This document shows positions 46,796-56,397 of a DNA stretch of 64,000 bases, in pieces (the first letter of the stretch is position 1; every line of letters starts with the position of its first letter). A program made the position numbers and the translations under genes. Under the pieces are notes generated by a model. The model saw only the letters and a list, made by a program, of their open reading frames with translations. It was not told the DNA's origin and ran no database searches. Source of the DNA: Bacteroidota bacterium (GTDB lineage: Bacteria > Bacteroidota > Bacteroidia > UKL13-3); the NCBI GenBank assembly GCA_046309355.1, contig JBKCPL010000057.1, positions 14,668 to 78,667 on the forward strand, written 5' to 3'.

Positions 46796-47656
46796 ATGAA
46801 AGGTATAATACTGGCCGGAGGAAGCGGCACCCGATTGCACCCACTTACGTTAGCTGTGAGTAAGCAGCTCATGCCGGTTTACGATAAACCCATGATTTAT
46901 TATCCGCTATCTACATTGATGCTGGCCGGTATACGTGAAATTCTGATTATTTCCACACCGCATGATTTGCCCGGATTTAAAAAACTGCTGGGCGATGGTT
47001 CGCAGATAGGATGCACGTTTCAGTATGCCGAACAGCCCAGTCCTGACGGATTGGCTCAGGCATTTATAATTGGCGAACAGTTTATAGGCAACGATAAGGT
47101 GGCACTCATACTGGGCGATAATATTTTTTTCAGTGCAGGGCTAAGCAAGTTGCTGCATGAAAACAACGATCCGGATGGGGGTGTGGTATTTGCTTACCAT
47201 GTAAGTGACCCCGAACGCTACGGAGTGGTCGAATTTGATGCTGAAATGAACGCCATCAGTATAGAAGAAAAGCCGGCTCAACCCAAATCCAATTATGCCG
47301 TTCCGGGTTTATACTTTTACGACAATGATGTAGTTACGATTGCTAAAAATATCAAACCTTCGCCACGTGGAGAACTTGAAATAACCGATGTAAACCGTGT
47401 GTACCTCGAACGCGGAAAGTTAAAAGTAGGAGTACTGCAGCGCGGCACAGCATGGCTCGATACAGGCACATTTGCCTCGTTAATGCAAGCCGGCCAGTTT
47501 GTTCAGGTTATTGAAGAACGTCAGGGACTAAAAATCGGTTGCATTGAAGAAATAGCTTTTAAAAACAGCTGGATAACCAAAGAGCACCTGAAAACCGAGG
47601 CACAAAAACTTCTCAAAAGCGGTTACGGAAATTATTTGTTGAATCTTATAAAATAA
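46796..47656 (+). CDS. rfbA: glucose-1-phosphate thymidylyltransferase
   Basis: [18 protein letters not shown]... full-length RmlA similarity. Confidence 0.9.
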   Translation: MKGIILAGGSGTRLHPLTLAVSKQLMPVYDKPMIYYPLSTLMLAGIREILIISTPHDLPGFKKLLGDGSQIGCTFQYAEQPSPDGLAQAFIIGEQFIGNDKVALILGDNIFFSAGLSKLLHENNDPDGGVVFAYHVSDPERYGVVEFDAEMNAISIEEKPAQPKSNYAVPGLYFYDNDVVTIAKNIKPSPRGELEITDVNRVYLERGKLKVGVLQRGTAWLDTGTFASLMQAGQFVQVIEERQGLKIGCIEEIAFKNSWITKEHLKTEAQKLLKSGYGNYLLNLIK

Positions 47657-47666
47657 AAACACTTTC

Positions 47667-48647
47667 ATGAGTCATCCTCAACACGAAGCTTTAAAACAAT
47701 TTAGTCATCAGATAACATTTGCCTTGCAAAACTATACACCGCATGGCCTGAAGGCAGACGATATAAAGCAGATTATTATTGCAGGCCTGGGCGGTTCAGG
47801 CATAGGTGGCAAATTGGCTTCCTCATTTTTTATGCAATCGGGTACAGTTCCCATAGCATGCGTATCGGACTATGAGTTGCCGGGCTATGCCGGAAACGAT
47901 ACGTTGGTTATTTTGTCATCGTATTCGGGCAATACCGAAGAAACATTATCGGTGTATGAAGATGCCTTAAAACGCGGATGTAAGCTTCTGGCCCTTACTT
48001 CGGGCGGCAAGTTGAAGCAGCTGTGCGAACAAAGTGGGGTTAAAACATATACACTGCAAACCGGTTTTCAGCCACGCATGGCACTAGGTTTTTCGCTTAC
48101 TTATTTGCTACAAATTCTGGGTGAGTTATTTGGCAGCGATGTACAAGCCGAACTGGCTGCAACAGCATCAGCAGTGGCCGATACAGCACACTTCGAAGAA
48201 GACGCCATGCAGGTATTTAACTCCGTTAAAGCCAAAGCCAGATCGAAATTTGTAGTGATTACTGATGCCAGCTACGAAGCAGTAGGCATTCGCTTTTGCC
48301 AGCAAATACAGGAAAATGCGAAGCACGAATGCTTTCACCATGTTATTCCTGAAATGAATCACAATGTGATTGAAAGTTACTACGGCCAGCTCGATTCGGT
48401 GTATTTCTTCATTCATGCGAATGCACACGACCGTGTTGCTTCGCGGTTTGAATTTTTACAAAACCTGTTGGAGGTTGAAAACAACAAAGTAGTCAATATC
48501 ATTACAGATGGCTTCACCATAAAAGAAGTATATGAGGTACTGTATACACTCGACTGGTTGTCGTTATACGTAGCTGATCACCGCAGGGTTGATTCGCTGA
48601 ATGTGCCCAATATAGCATCGCTTAAAAATTTTCTCGATCAGGTATGA
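47667..48647 (+). CDS. SIS-domain bifunctional phosphoglucose/phosphomannose isomerase-family protein
   Basis: SIS motifs (IIIAGLGGSGIGG; VILSSYSGNTEET). Confidence 0.6.
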   Translation: MSHPQHEALKQFSHQITFALQNYTPHGLKADDIKQIIIAGLGGSGIGGKLASSFFMQSGTVPIACVSDYELPGYAGNDTLVILSSYSGNTEETLSVYEDALKRGCKLLALTSGGKLKQLCEQSGVKTYTLQTGFQPRMALGFSLTYLLQILGELFGSDVQAELAATASAVADTAHFEEDAMQVFNSVKAKARSKFVVITDASYEAVGIRFCQQIQENAKHECFHHVIPEMNHNVIESYYGQLDSVYFFIHANAHDRVASRFEFLQNLLEVENNKVVNIITDGFTIKEVYEVLYTLDWLSLYVADHRRVDSLNVPNIASLKNFLDQV

Positions 48648-49396
48648 GCTGGTTCTCACGCTTTACTAAACGAACAAATTCGCCATTTGCTTCCGCGGAT
48701 TTTGTAAATCCGGTAAAGGTGGAGTTTCACTCGCACCTGCTGCCGGGTATTGATGACGGCTGTGAAACCATGGAGCAAAGTATGGAAGTGCTGAAACTGC
48801 TGCAGCGAAAAGGCTATGAAAAAGTAATTATCACACCACATATCATGGGCGATTTTTACAAGAACAGCAAACATACCATAATGCCCGTACTGGAGCAGGT
48901 GAAGGAAGCCGCAGCAGCATTGGGCATTACGCTAAAGCTTGAGGCAGCAGCAGAGTACATGATTGATGAAGTGTTTGAACAGAAAGTAGCCGAAGGCGAT
49001 GTGCTCACATTTGGCAACAATTATGTGCTGGTAGAAATGCCGTTTCAGCAACCTTCGCCCAATATGAAAAAAGTGTTTTTTGACATGCAGGTAAATGGCT
49101 ACCAGCCTGTGCTGGCACATCCCGAACGGTATTTGTATTACGCTGCACGTAAAGAACGCTACAACGAACTGGCTGATGCGGGAATATTGTTTCAGCTGAA
49201 TATGTTTTCGCTGGTTGGGTATTACAACCCGGCTGTAAAACGTGCAGCCGATTACCTCATTGATCAAAAACTCGTGCATTTTGTAGGCAGCGATATTCAC
49301 GGCCCAAGGCATTTGCCGGTATTTCGCGATGTGTTGCAATGCCGCAGCTACGAGGTGGTGTGTACCACCAATGCATTACTTAATAATTCACTGTAA
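48644..49396 (+). CDS. PHP-family protein-tyrosine phosphatase (CpsB/YwqE-like)
   Basis: VEFHSHLLPGIDDG..TPH.. metal-binding His motifs. Confidence 0.7.
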   Translation: MSWFSRFTKRTNSPFASADFVNPVKVEFHSHLLPGIDDGCETMEQSMEVLKLLQRKGYEKVIITPHIMGDFYKNSKHTIMPVLEQVKEAAAALGITLKLEAAAEYMIDEVFEQKVAEGDVLTFGNNYVLVEMPFQQPSPNMKKVFFDMQVNGYQPVLAHPERYLYYAARKERYNELADAGILFQLNMFSLVGYYNPAVKRAADYLIDQKLVHFVGSDIHGPRHLPVFRDVLQCRSYEVVCTTNALLNNSL

Positions 49397-50845
49397 CACG
49401 TTTAATTTCTTTTTACTGATTGCGCATAAGCCGGCAAAGGTTAAGGCACCATTCAGAATAAGCAACTCAATGCCTATGCGGTAGTTGCCCAATAGGTGTA
49501 CTGCGTATGTTTGAAAAAGATAGCACATCGCAGGAGCCAGCAAACATACGAACACTACCCACTTGTTGTTCAGATGGCGTGTAGTAAGTATGCCGAAAGC
49601 AAATAAACCCAACAACGGTCCGTAAGTGTAGCCGGCTATGTCGAGAAGAATAGTTATGATGGATTTATTGTCGAGCCACTTGAAGTACATCACACACAGT
49701 AAAAAAATACCGGCAAAACTCAGGTGCACCTTTTTACGAATAGATGAACGCTGCTCTTCCGTTAATGATTCATTACGCTGAATTCCTAGCATATCAATAC
49801 AAAATGTAGCGGTCAACGCGGTTATGGCTCCATCGGCTGAAGGAAACAGTGCTGAAATAATACCAATAATAAAAATAATAGAAATGGCAGCAGGAAAATG
49901 ATCTAACGCAATGGTTGGAAATAAATCATCACCGGTAGCGCTAATGCCCTTTTGTGCAGCGTATAGATAAAGCAAGCCACCCAACACTAAAAACAACAGG
50001 TTTACCAGCACCATGATGGTACTGAAGGTGAGCATGTTTTTTTGCGAATCGGACAGGCGTTTTACGCTGATATTTTTCTGCATCATTTCCTGATCAAGCC
50101 CGGTCATGCTGATGGTGATAAATGCACCTCCAACGATTTGTTTGAGGAAAAACGTTTTATCAAGCGGGTTAATGTTAAACACGTTCAGATAGTTCAGCTC
50201 ATTCATTTTTGAGAGTGCAGTGCCGAGCGATACTCCCATATCGTTCAGTATATACACCACACACACAACAAGTGCCAGCAGCATAAAAAACGTTTGCAGC
50301 GTATCGGTCCACACAATGGTTTTTACGCCACCCTGATAAGTATACAGCAATATCATAAACAAGATGAGCAGTGTGGTAACGATAAACGGAACACCCATAC
50401 GATCGAGAATAAACAGCTGCATGACGTTAATTACAAGATACAACCTAAGTGTAGCACCCATCGTACGCGACACGATAAAAAACAAGGCTCCGGTTTTGTA
50501 TGCAGCAGTGCCCAGTCGATGATTCAGATACGCATAAATAGAAGTAAGGTTGAGTTTGTAATAAAGTGGCAGAAGTATAAAAGCTACAGCAAAGTATCCG
50601 ATAAAATAACCCAACACTACCTGAAAATAACTGAAGCCGGCAGTAGCTACCGTACCCGGCACACTTACAAAGGTAACCCCCGAAAGCGAAGTGCCTATCA
50701 TGCCAAAGGCTACCAGCATCCAGTTGCTGCTTTTGTTGCCAATAAAAAAAGTTTCATTGTTGCTGCCGCGCGAAGTGAAGTAGGCTACGGCCAGCAGTAC
50801 AGTGAAGTAACACAGTACAAAAAACAGCAGCAGGGTTGAGCTCAT
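49388..50845 (-). CDS. sodium:solute symporter family transporter
   Basis: ~13 TM helices, SSF-like conserved N-terminal region. Confidence 0.7.
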   Translation of the reverse strand: MSSTLLLFFVLCYFTVLLAVAYFTSRGSNNETFFIGNKSSNWMLVAFGMIGTSLSGVTFVSVPGTVATAGFSYFQVVLGYFIGYFAVAFILLPLYYKLNLTSIYAYLNHRLGTAAYKTGALFFIVSRTMGATLRLYLVINVMQLFILDRMGVPFIVTTLLILFMILLYTYQGGVKTIVWTDTLQTFFMLLALVVCVVYILNDMGVSLGTALSKMNELNYLNVFNINPLDKTFFLKQIVGGAFITISMTGLDQEMMQKNISVKRLSDSQKNMLTFSTIMVLVNLLFLVLGGLLYLYAAQKGISATGDDLFPTIALDHFPAAISIIFIIGIISALFPSADGAITALTATFCIDMLGIQRNESLTEEQRSSIRKKVHLSFAGIFLLCVMYFKWLDNKSIITILLDIAGYTYGPLLGLFAFGILTTRHLNNKWVVFVCLLAPAMCYLFQTYAVHLLGNYRIGIELLILNGALTFAGLCAISKKKLNVLQ

Positions 50846-50956
50846 CGGTACAAATGTAAACGGGTACTGATTTGCGTTTTAAATAATTAACCACATCACT
50901 TTAGTGTGCGTTAAAAAATAGGACAGACACCGGTTTTTACCTTATTTTCGTGCGGC

Positions 50957-51562
50957 ATGAATTATCCATCACAGCTTATAGAAGACGCGGTAAATGAATT
51001 GTCTAAATTTCCGGGAGTAGGTAAAAAATCGGCCATGCGCATGGTGTTGTTTTTGCTCAAACAAAAAGAGCAGGATGCCACCCGACTGGGCGAAGCCATT
51101 ATAAAACTGCGCAGCCAGATACAGTACTGCAAGCGCTGTGGCAATGTAAGCGATTCGGAACAATGCAATATTTGCAGTAACCCTAAACGTAACCAACAAC
51201 TGATTTGTGTAGTAGAAGATTTGCGCGATGTTATAGCGATAGAAAACACCCAACAATTTAATGGAACGTACCACGTACTGAACGGTTTAATTTCGCCCAT
51301 GAATGGTGTTGGTCCCGATACGCTTAATATTGAAAGTTTACTGCAACGCGTACAAGCCGAACAAACACAGGAAGTGATTTTAGCCCTTAGTGCCACTATG
51401 GAAGGCGACACTACTGGTTTTTACCTTTCTAAAAAACTGGCACCAACAGGCGTGAAAGTAAGTACAATATCGCGTGGCATTGCCATTGGTGGCGAGCTGG
51501 AATATGCCGATGAAATTACCCTTGGCCGTAGTATTGCACTGCGCACGGTGTATTCGGTGTAG
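50957..51562 (+). CDS. recR: recombination protein RecR
   Basis: C4 zinc finger CKRCGNVSDSEQCNIC, Toprim domain. Confidence 0.9.
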   Translation: MNYPSQLIEDAVNELSKFPGVGKKSAMRMVLFLLKQKEQDATRLGEAIIKLRSQIQYCKRCGNVSDSEQCNICSNPKRNQQLICVVEDLRDVIAIENTQQFNGTYHVLNGLISPMNGVGPDTLNIESLLQRVQAEQTQEVILALSATMEGDTTGFYLSKKLAPTGVKVSTISRGIAIGGELEYADEITLGRSIALRTVYSV

Positions 51563-51781
51563 TGGTTGTACTAGTAGAAATCTAAAACAAACACCGACTA
51601 TGTATTTACAAACTGCATAATCAATAGTGTGCATGTAATCACGGCCAAATCGTTGAAATTGAAACGACCACTAAGTCGGTCCAGCATACGGCAGGCTCAT
51701 GGATAACTCCAATACCAAACACGTTTCACCACGCGCAGCAGCAGAAAAAATTTGGCAATAAATTTGGTCAAAGGGTGGAAA

Positions 51782-52903
51782 CTACTCCATCAATTGCTTT
51801 TTTATCTTTATAACTGTACCCGGCTTTAAGTTGTCTTGTAACAAATTATTCCACTTGCGCAGCTCAACCACAGGCACGTTATACTTCTCGGCTATGGTTT
51901 GGATGGTTTCTCCCGGTTCTACTGCATGTTCAAACTCCAGCTTTTCATCGCTGAAGGGTTGCGCCAAGTATATGGTATCAGCAGCTGTAGCCACTATCGT
52001 TGCAACCTTATTCTTTGGCAATGCTATTACAAACTGCTGACCCGCAGCTACAGTTAGTGTTGGCTTTCTTAGCCATGGATTATAATATTTAAGGTCTTTA
52101 TAATTACAGCCATAAGCTGCAGCAAAAGAAACTAGATTTTCTACCGTTCGGTTAACCACAACATAACTCATCGATTCTTGCTGATACGCATGAGCCGGGG
52201 CTATGTGAAAGCCGTATGACTTAGGGTTTTCAAAAAGGGTTTTAATTGCAATGATCCGAAACAAGTATCGGGCTGTTTCCTGATTCAGATAAAGATCTTC
52301 ATAGCTGCCCACCTGTTGCTGATTAATTTGACGTTTTACACCTTCTATTCCCATATTGTATGAAGCAGCTACCAGTTTCCAGCTGCCGAAAGCCGTATAC
52401 GCTTGTTTGAAATATTTACAGGCTGCTTCCGTTGCTTTATGTAAATGATAACGCTCATCAACCTCATCAGTAATGGTTAGTCCAAATACTTTTCCGGTTT
52501 TATCTAAAAACTGCCAGTAACCGGCTGCACCCGCAGGCGAAACCACCAATGGCTGTAAACCACTTTCGGCAACAGCCAAATACTTAAAATCATCAGGTAT
52601 ACCGTTGCGCTTCAGTATAGGCTCAATTGCCGGAAACAACTTTTGGCCGCGCTTCATCATCAGTAGTGTTTGTGATTGCCAATACACATTGGTAAGCAGT
52701 TCGCGGTCATAACGCTCACGTACGTCTTCATCATTCAGCAACACGTCTTCGCCCGCAAAACCAGTTTTCTCCGGAACAGGCAGGCTGTAAATGTGGTACT
52801 CATCGCGAAATCTGTTTGTCCATTCATCGGCAAATGAAAATAGTATCAATGCCAGCCCGCAGGCAGAAAGCATCAATGGATAGTTTGCTTTGAGAAATTT
52901 CAT
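51782..52903 (-). CDS. lytic transglycosylase (SLT domain) with C-terminal LysM
   Basis: AVAESGLQP...AGAAGYWQF SLT motif; LysM (IQTIAEKYNVPVVELRKWNNL). Confidence 0.7.
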   Translation of the reverse strand: MKFLKANYPLMLSACGLALILFSFADEWTNRFRDEYHIYSLPVPEKTGFAGEDVLLNDEDVRERYDRELLTNVYWQSQTLLMMKRGQKLFPAIEPILKRNGIPDDFKYLAVAESGLQPLVVSPAGAAGYWQFLDKTGKVFGLTITDEVDERYHLHKATEAACKYFKQAYTAFGSWKLVAASYNMGIEGVKRQINQQQVGSYEDLYLNQETARYLFRIIAIKTLFENPKSYGFHIAPAHAYQQESMSYVVVNRTVENLVSFAAAYGCNYKDLKYYNPWLRKPTLTVAAGQQFVIALPKNKVATIVATAADTIYLAQPFSDEKLEFEHAVEPGETIQTIAEKYNVPVVELRKWNNLLQDNLKPGTVIKIKKQLME

Positions 52904-52983
52904 GTATACTTGTGTTACAAAATGGTATTATTCAATAATCCGTAAAAATATCCTCACCAAAACTAACATTTAAAGCGTAAGCT

Positions 52984-54009
52984 ATGAAAATCATAAAACG
53001 TATTTCTATTGTGCTGCTGTCAATCCTGCTTGTATTGATTGCTGCAGGATTTTTGTTACCGGCCGCCATGAAGGTTGAGCGTTCGGTGACAATCAAGCAA
53101 AACAGTGAAGTGCCTTTTGCGCTGGTCAACAATTTGCAACAGTGGCAAAGTTGGTCGCCCTGGAATGAAATAGATACCACAACCGAATGGACTTACAGTG
53201 ACCCAGCTCAGGGAACGGGATCGTGGTATACATGGAAAAGCAACAACAGAAAAGTAGGACACGGCACACTAAAAATTATAAACAGCCTGCCTTTTGATAC
53301 CATACTTACCGAACTCATATTTGAAGATATGCCACCATCGTATGGGGGATTTACATTTAAGCAAATCAAAGAAAATGAGTGTTCGGTAACCTGGTTTATG
53401 GATATGGAATTCGGATACAATCCGTTTGCTCGGTTGATGGGACTAATCATGGATCAATGGCTGGGAGGCGATTTTGAAAAAGGGCTCGAAAAGCTGAAGC
53501 AGGTAAGTGAAGCTACACCCCCTCGTGAAACTATAGGCGGGTTTGATACCGAGTGGCGCAATTTGCCCGAACTAACCGTAATGGGAATACGCTACACACT
53601 GCCACCGTCAAAAGTAAAAAGCGATGTGTTCGCAAAAAGTTATGAAAAGCTGTCGGCAGCTATGGCTGCACAAAACCTGGAGCCTGATGGCATGCCCATG
53701 GCTTTGTATTACAAGTTGAGCAATGCCGAACTTGATTTTGAAGCGGCCATGCCGGTAAAAGGAAATGGGACACCATCGGGCGATATGGTGTTTCATACAC
53801 TGCCTGCCACACGTGCGCTGGTGGTAAGTTACCGCGGTGCATACGATGGTATGACTCCCATGTATCAGGCCGTGTACGAGTATATAAAAGCGAAGGGCAT
53901 ACTACAAAATGGTCCCTCGCGTGAGGTGTATATTACCGACCCCTACGAAGTACCCGATACCGCACAGTGGTTAACCGAAATAGTGATACCCGTGCAGCCT
54001 AACAAATAG
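52984..54009 (+). CDS. membrane-anchored SRPBCC + GyrI-like (effector-binding) domain protein
   Basis: N-terminal TM, SRPBCC-like first half, GyrI-like second half (similarity-based, moderate). Confidence 0.45.
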   Translation: MKIIKRISIVLLSILLVLIAAGFLLPAAMKVERSVTIKQNSEVPFALVNNLQQWQSWSPWNEIDTTTEWTYSDPAQGTGSWYTWKSNNRKVGHGTLKIINSLPFDTILTELIFEDMPPSYGGFTFKQIKENECSVTWFMDMEFGYNPFARLMGLIMDQWLGGDFEKGLEKLKQVSEATPPRETIGGFDTEWRNLPELTVMGIRYTLPPSKVKSDVFAKSYEKLSAAMAAQNLEPDGMPMALYYKLSNAELDFEAAMPVKGNGTPSGDMVFHTLPATRALVVSYRGAYDGMTPMYQAVYEYIKAKGILQNGPSREVYITDPYEVPDTAQWLTEIVIPVQPNK

Positions 54010-54149
54010 GTTTTTAAGGTTAGCGGAAAAGAAGGTACGCTTGCAAATCGTCTCACCCCGGTTAACTGCATTCAGCATTAACTACGCACAAACAACAAAG
54101 CCCAACATCAGATGCCGGGCTTGGGAGTTGTATTTTGTAAAGAAACTGA

Positions 54150-54491
54150 TTACGCTTCCAGTTCTTCTTCTTCTTCCGCTTCGCGGGTGGTGCCCTCCAT
54201 CAGGTGGCGTATATCTATCAATTCTTCGCGGTTGTATTTGTTCTGGTGATCGGCCAGCAAGTCAAGAAAGTAAGCCAGGTTAGCTGCACCATCTTCTTCT
54301 TCCAGGTACAAAAAGGTATAGTCACCGGTTTCCTGTATTTTTTCATAAGCCAAGCGCAGCATGCGTACATAGCCGGGCTCTTTCAGGTTGTTTTTAAACC
54401 ATTCGCGCAATTCTTTCAGTTTTTCGACCGTAGTTTTGTTTATGCCTTCAGTTTCCAGGTGTTTTTTAATGGCATCTATTAATTGCTTCAT
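54150..54491 (-). CDS. hypothetical acidic protein (113 aa, EEEEE C-terminus)
   Basis: ORF only. Confidence 0.35.
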   Translation of the reverse strand: MKQLIDAIKKHLETEGINKTTVEKLKELREWFKNNLKEPGYVRMLRLAYEKIQETGDYTFLYLEEEDGAANLAYFLDLLADHQNKYNREELIDIRHLMEGTTREAEEEEELEA

Positions 54492-54558
54492 GTTGATTCT
54501 ATAAATTGTTTTACCGTGCGAAACTACACATTTTTGAATACGTAAAAAATTTATCGAA

Positions 54559-54930
54559 ATGAAAGCAATCTATACTATTGCGTTGCTGGTTGTATCTAAC
54601 CTGTTTATGACATTTGCCTGGTATGGTCACCTTCAGTTTCAAAAACTGGGTTGGCTAAAAACAACAGGCATGCTCGGCATAATTTTACTCAGCTGGTGTA
54701 TTGCCTTATTCGAATATGTGTTTCAGGTGCCGGCCAATCGCATAGGCCATCACGCACACGGTGGGCCTTTTAGTTTGTTCGAATTAAAAACACTTCAGGA
54801 GGCTGTTTCCATTGTGGTATTTGTGCTGGTCAATATTTTTATATTTAAAGACGGTAACCTGCAATGGAATCATGTGGTGGGCTTTGCACTGATTGTGCTT
54901 GCCGTATATGTTATTTTCACTAAGTGGTAA
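54559..54930 (+). CDS. DMT-superfamily small membrane protein (DUF486)
   Basis: 4-TM ~120 aa, family-typical N-terminus. Confidence 0.6.
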   Translation: MKAIYTIALLVVSNLFMTFAWYGHLQFQKLGWLKTTGMLGIILLSWCIALFEYVFQVPANRIGHHAHGGPFSLFELKTLQEAVSIVVFVLVNIFIFKDGNLQWNHVVGFALIVLAVYVIFTKW

Positions 54931-54933
54931 GCG

Positions 54934-55710
54934 TTAGCTGAAGCGTTTAACTATCAGTTGCTCCAAGTCTTTTACTAATTCGTGTTGGGTATCCCACTGA
55001 TAATGAATTTTCAGTTCGGAGTAATAGCGCAGCGCTTCGTCCAGGTTGTTGGCCTGATTGAGTTTTTCAATCGCTTTGGCGTATTCTACCGTATTTTCAG
55101 AAAACAACTGATTTACAAAAGCAATTTTTTTATTGAGGCTGATAGCCGATTTTAAACTCTCTACCCGTTGCTGCATTTTATCGGCAAGGCCCAGCCGTGA
55201 CTCAGTGCTCAGCGATAATTTTTCGTGCAGCGAGAGTTCGCCCGTTTCTTCGGGAGTAAACGGGGCAGTTTTTTTCTGCTCCTCTTCGGCATGTTTGCGC
55301 TCGATGGTATTCTCTATTTCGTTTTGGGTAAACAGCGTGGTAACGGGTTGAAGTACGGGTGTAGGTTCAGGCTGTTCATCGGCCACCGGTGAAATTAAGG
55401 GCTCAGCGGTTTCTTCTTCTGTTTGGTGAGCATTCACTTGTTCTTCTACCAGCGGGCGCATGGATTCCGGTGTAGGTTCATCAATTATTAGTGGGGGATT
55501 ACCGGTATGCTCGTATGGTTGAACTGTTTTTGGATGTGTAGCCACCTCAGGCGATACCTGCAGCAACTGCTCGTAAATATACACACACTTTTTGCGCAGC
55601 ACGGCAAGTGTTATCGCATCTGCATTTCCCGATGCAGCGCCTTCTTCAAGCAGCCGAACCATCAGCTGTGCTTCGTGCAGCAAATCCGTAAGTGTTTGGT
55701 TAGTGTTCAT
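54934..55710 (-). CDS. hypothetical protein (258 aa, Pro/Glu/Thr-rich linker)
   Basis: ORF only. Confidence 0.35.
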   Translation of the reverse strand: MNTNQTLTDLLHEAQLMVRLLEEGAASGNADAITLAVLRKKCVYIYEQLLQVSPEVATHPKTVQPYEHTGNPPLIIDEPTPESMRPLVEEQVNAHQTEEETAEPLISPVADEQPEPTPVLQPVTTLFTQNEIENTIERKHAEEEQKKTAPFTPEETGELSLHEKLSLSTESRLGLADKMQQRVESLKSAISLNKKIAFVNQLFSENTVEYAKAIEKLNQANNLDEALRYYSELKIHYQWDTQHELVKDLEQLIVKRFS

Positions 55711-55809
55711 GCCAGTACAAACCTAATTGTTTTTGTGTTTGTAAAAAAACAGATTTTATATCCGGTCATGAATAGTTGTAAGGCCGGCCAATGTTTATAT
55801 TTTTACCGC

Positions 55810-56397
55810 ATGTTTTTAGAGCCTAAGTTTTCACGTGCTTACCGCAAAGGGTGGATAGAGGTTATTTGCGGTTCCATGTTTTCGGGCAAAACCGAAGAGT
55901 TGATACGCAGGCTTAACCGTGCGCGTATTGCTCATCTCAGCGTTGAAATATTTAAGCCATCCGTGGATGTGCGCTACCACGAGTCGGAAATTGTTTCGCA
56001 TAACTCGAATGCTATTTCATCTACTCCGGTTCAGTCATCGCTCAATATTTTGCTGATGCACAAAGGAGGCGAAGTGGTGGGAATTGACGAAGCACAGTTT
56101 TTTGATGACGAAATTGTGTATGTGTGCGAAACGCTGGCATCGCGTGGCGTACGTGTAGTAGTGGCCGGACTTGATATGGATTACCTGGGCAAACCTTTCG
56201 GGCCCATGCCGGCATTGATGGCTGTTGCCGAGTATGTAACCAAAGTAAATGCGGTGTGTGTCGTATGTGGCGATTTAGCCACCCACTCATTTCGAAAAGC
56301 AGCCAACAACGACCGTGTGATGCTAGGCGAAAAAGATACCTACGAAGCCCGCTGCCGAAGCTGCTTCAATGAAGGCATGCTTAAAAATCAAGACTAA
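55810..56397 (+). CDS. tdk: thymidine kinase
   Basis: P-loop GSMFSGKTEEL, C-terminal Zn ribbon CVVCG...C..C; start at ATG 55810 inside longer ORF. Confidence 0.85.
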   Translation: MFLEPKFSRAYRKGWIEVICGSMFSGKTEELIRRLNRARIAHLSVEIFKPSVDVRYHESEIVSHNSNAISSTPVQSSLNILLMHKGGEVVGIDEAQFFDDEIVYVCETLASRGVRVVVAGLDMDYLGKPFGPMPALMAVAEYVTKVNAVCVVCGDLATHSFRKAANNDRVMLGEKDTYEARCRSCFNEGMLKNQD

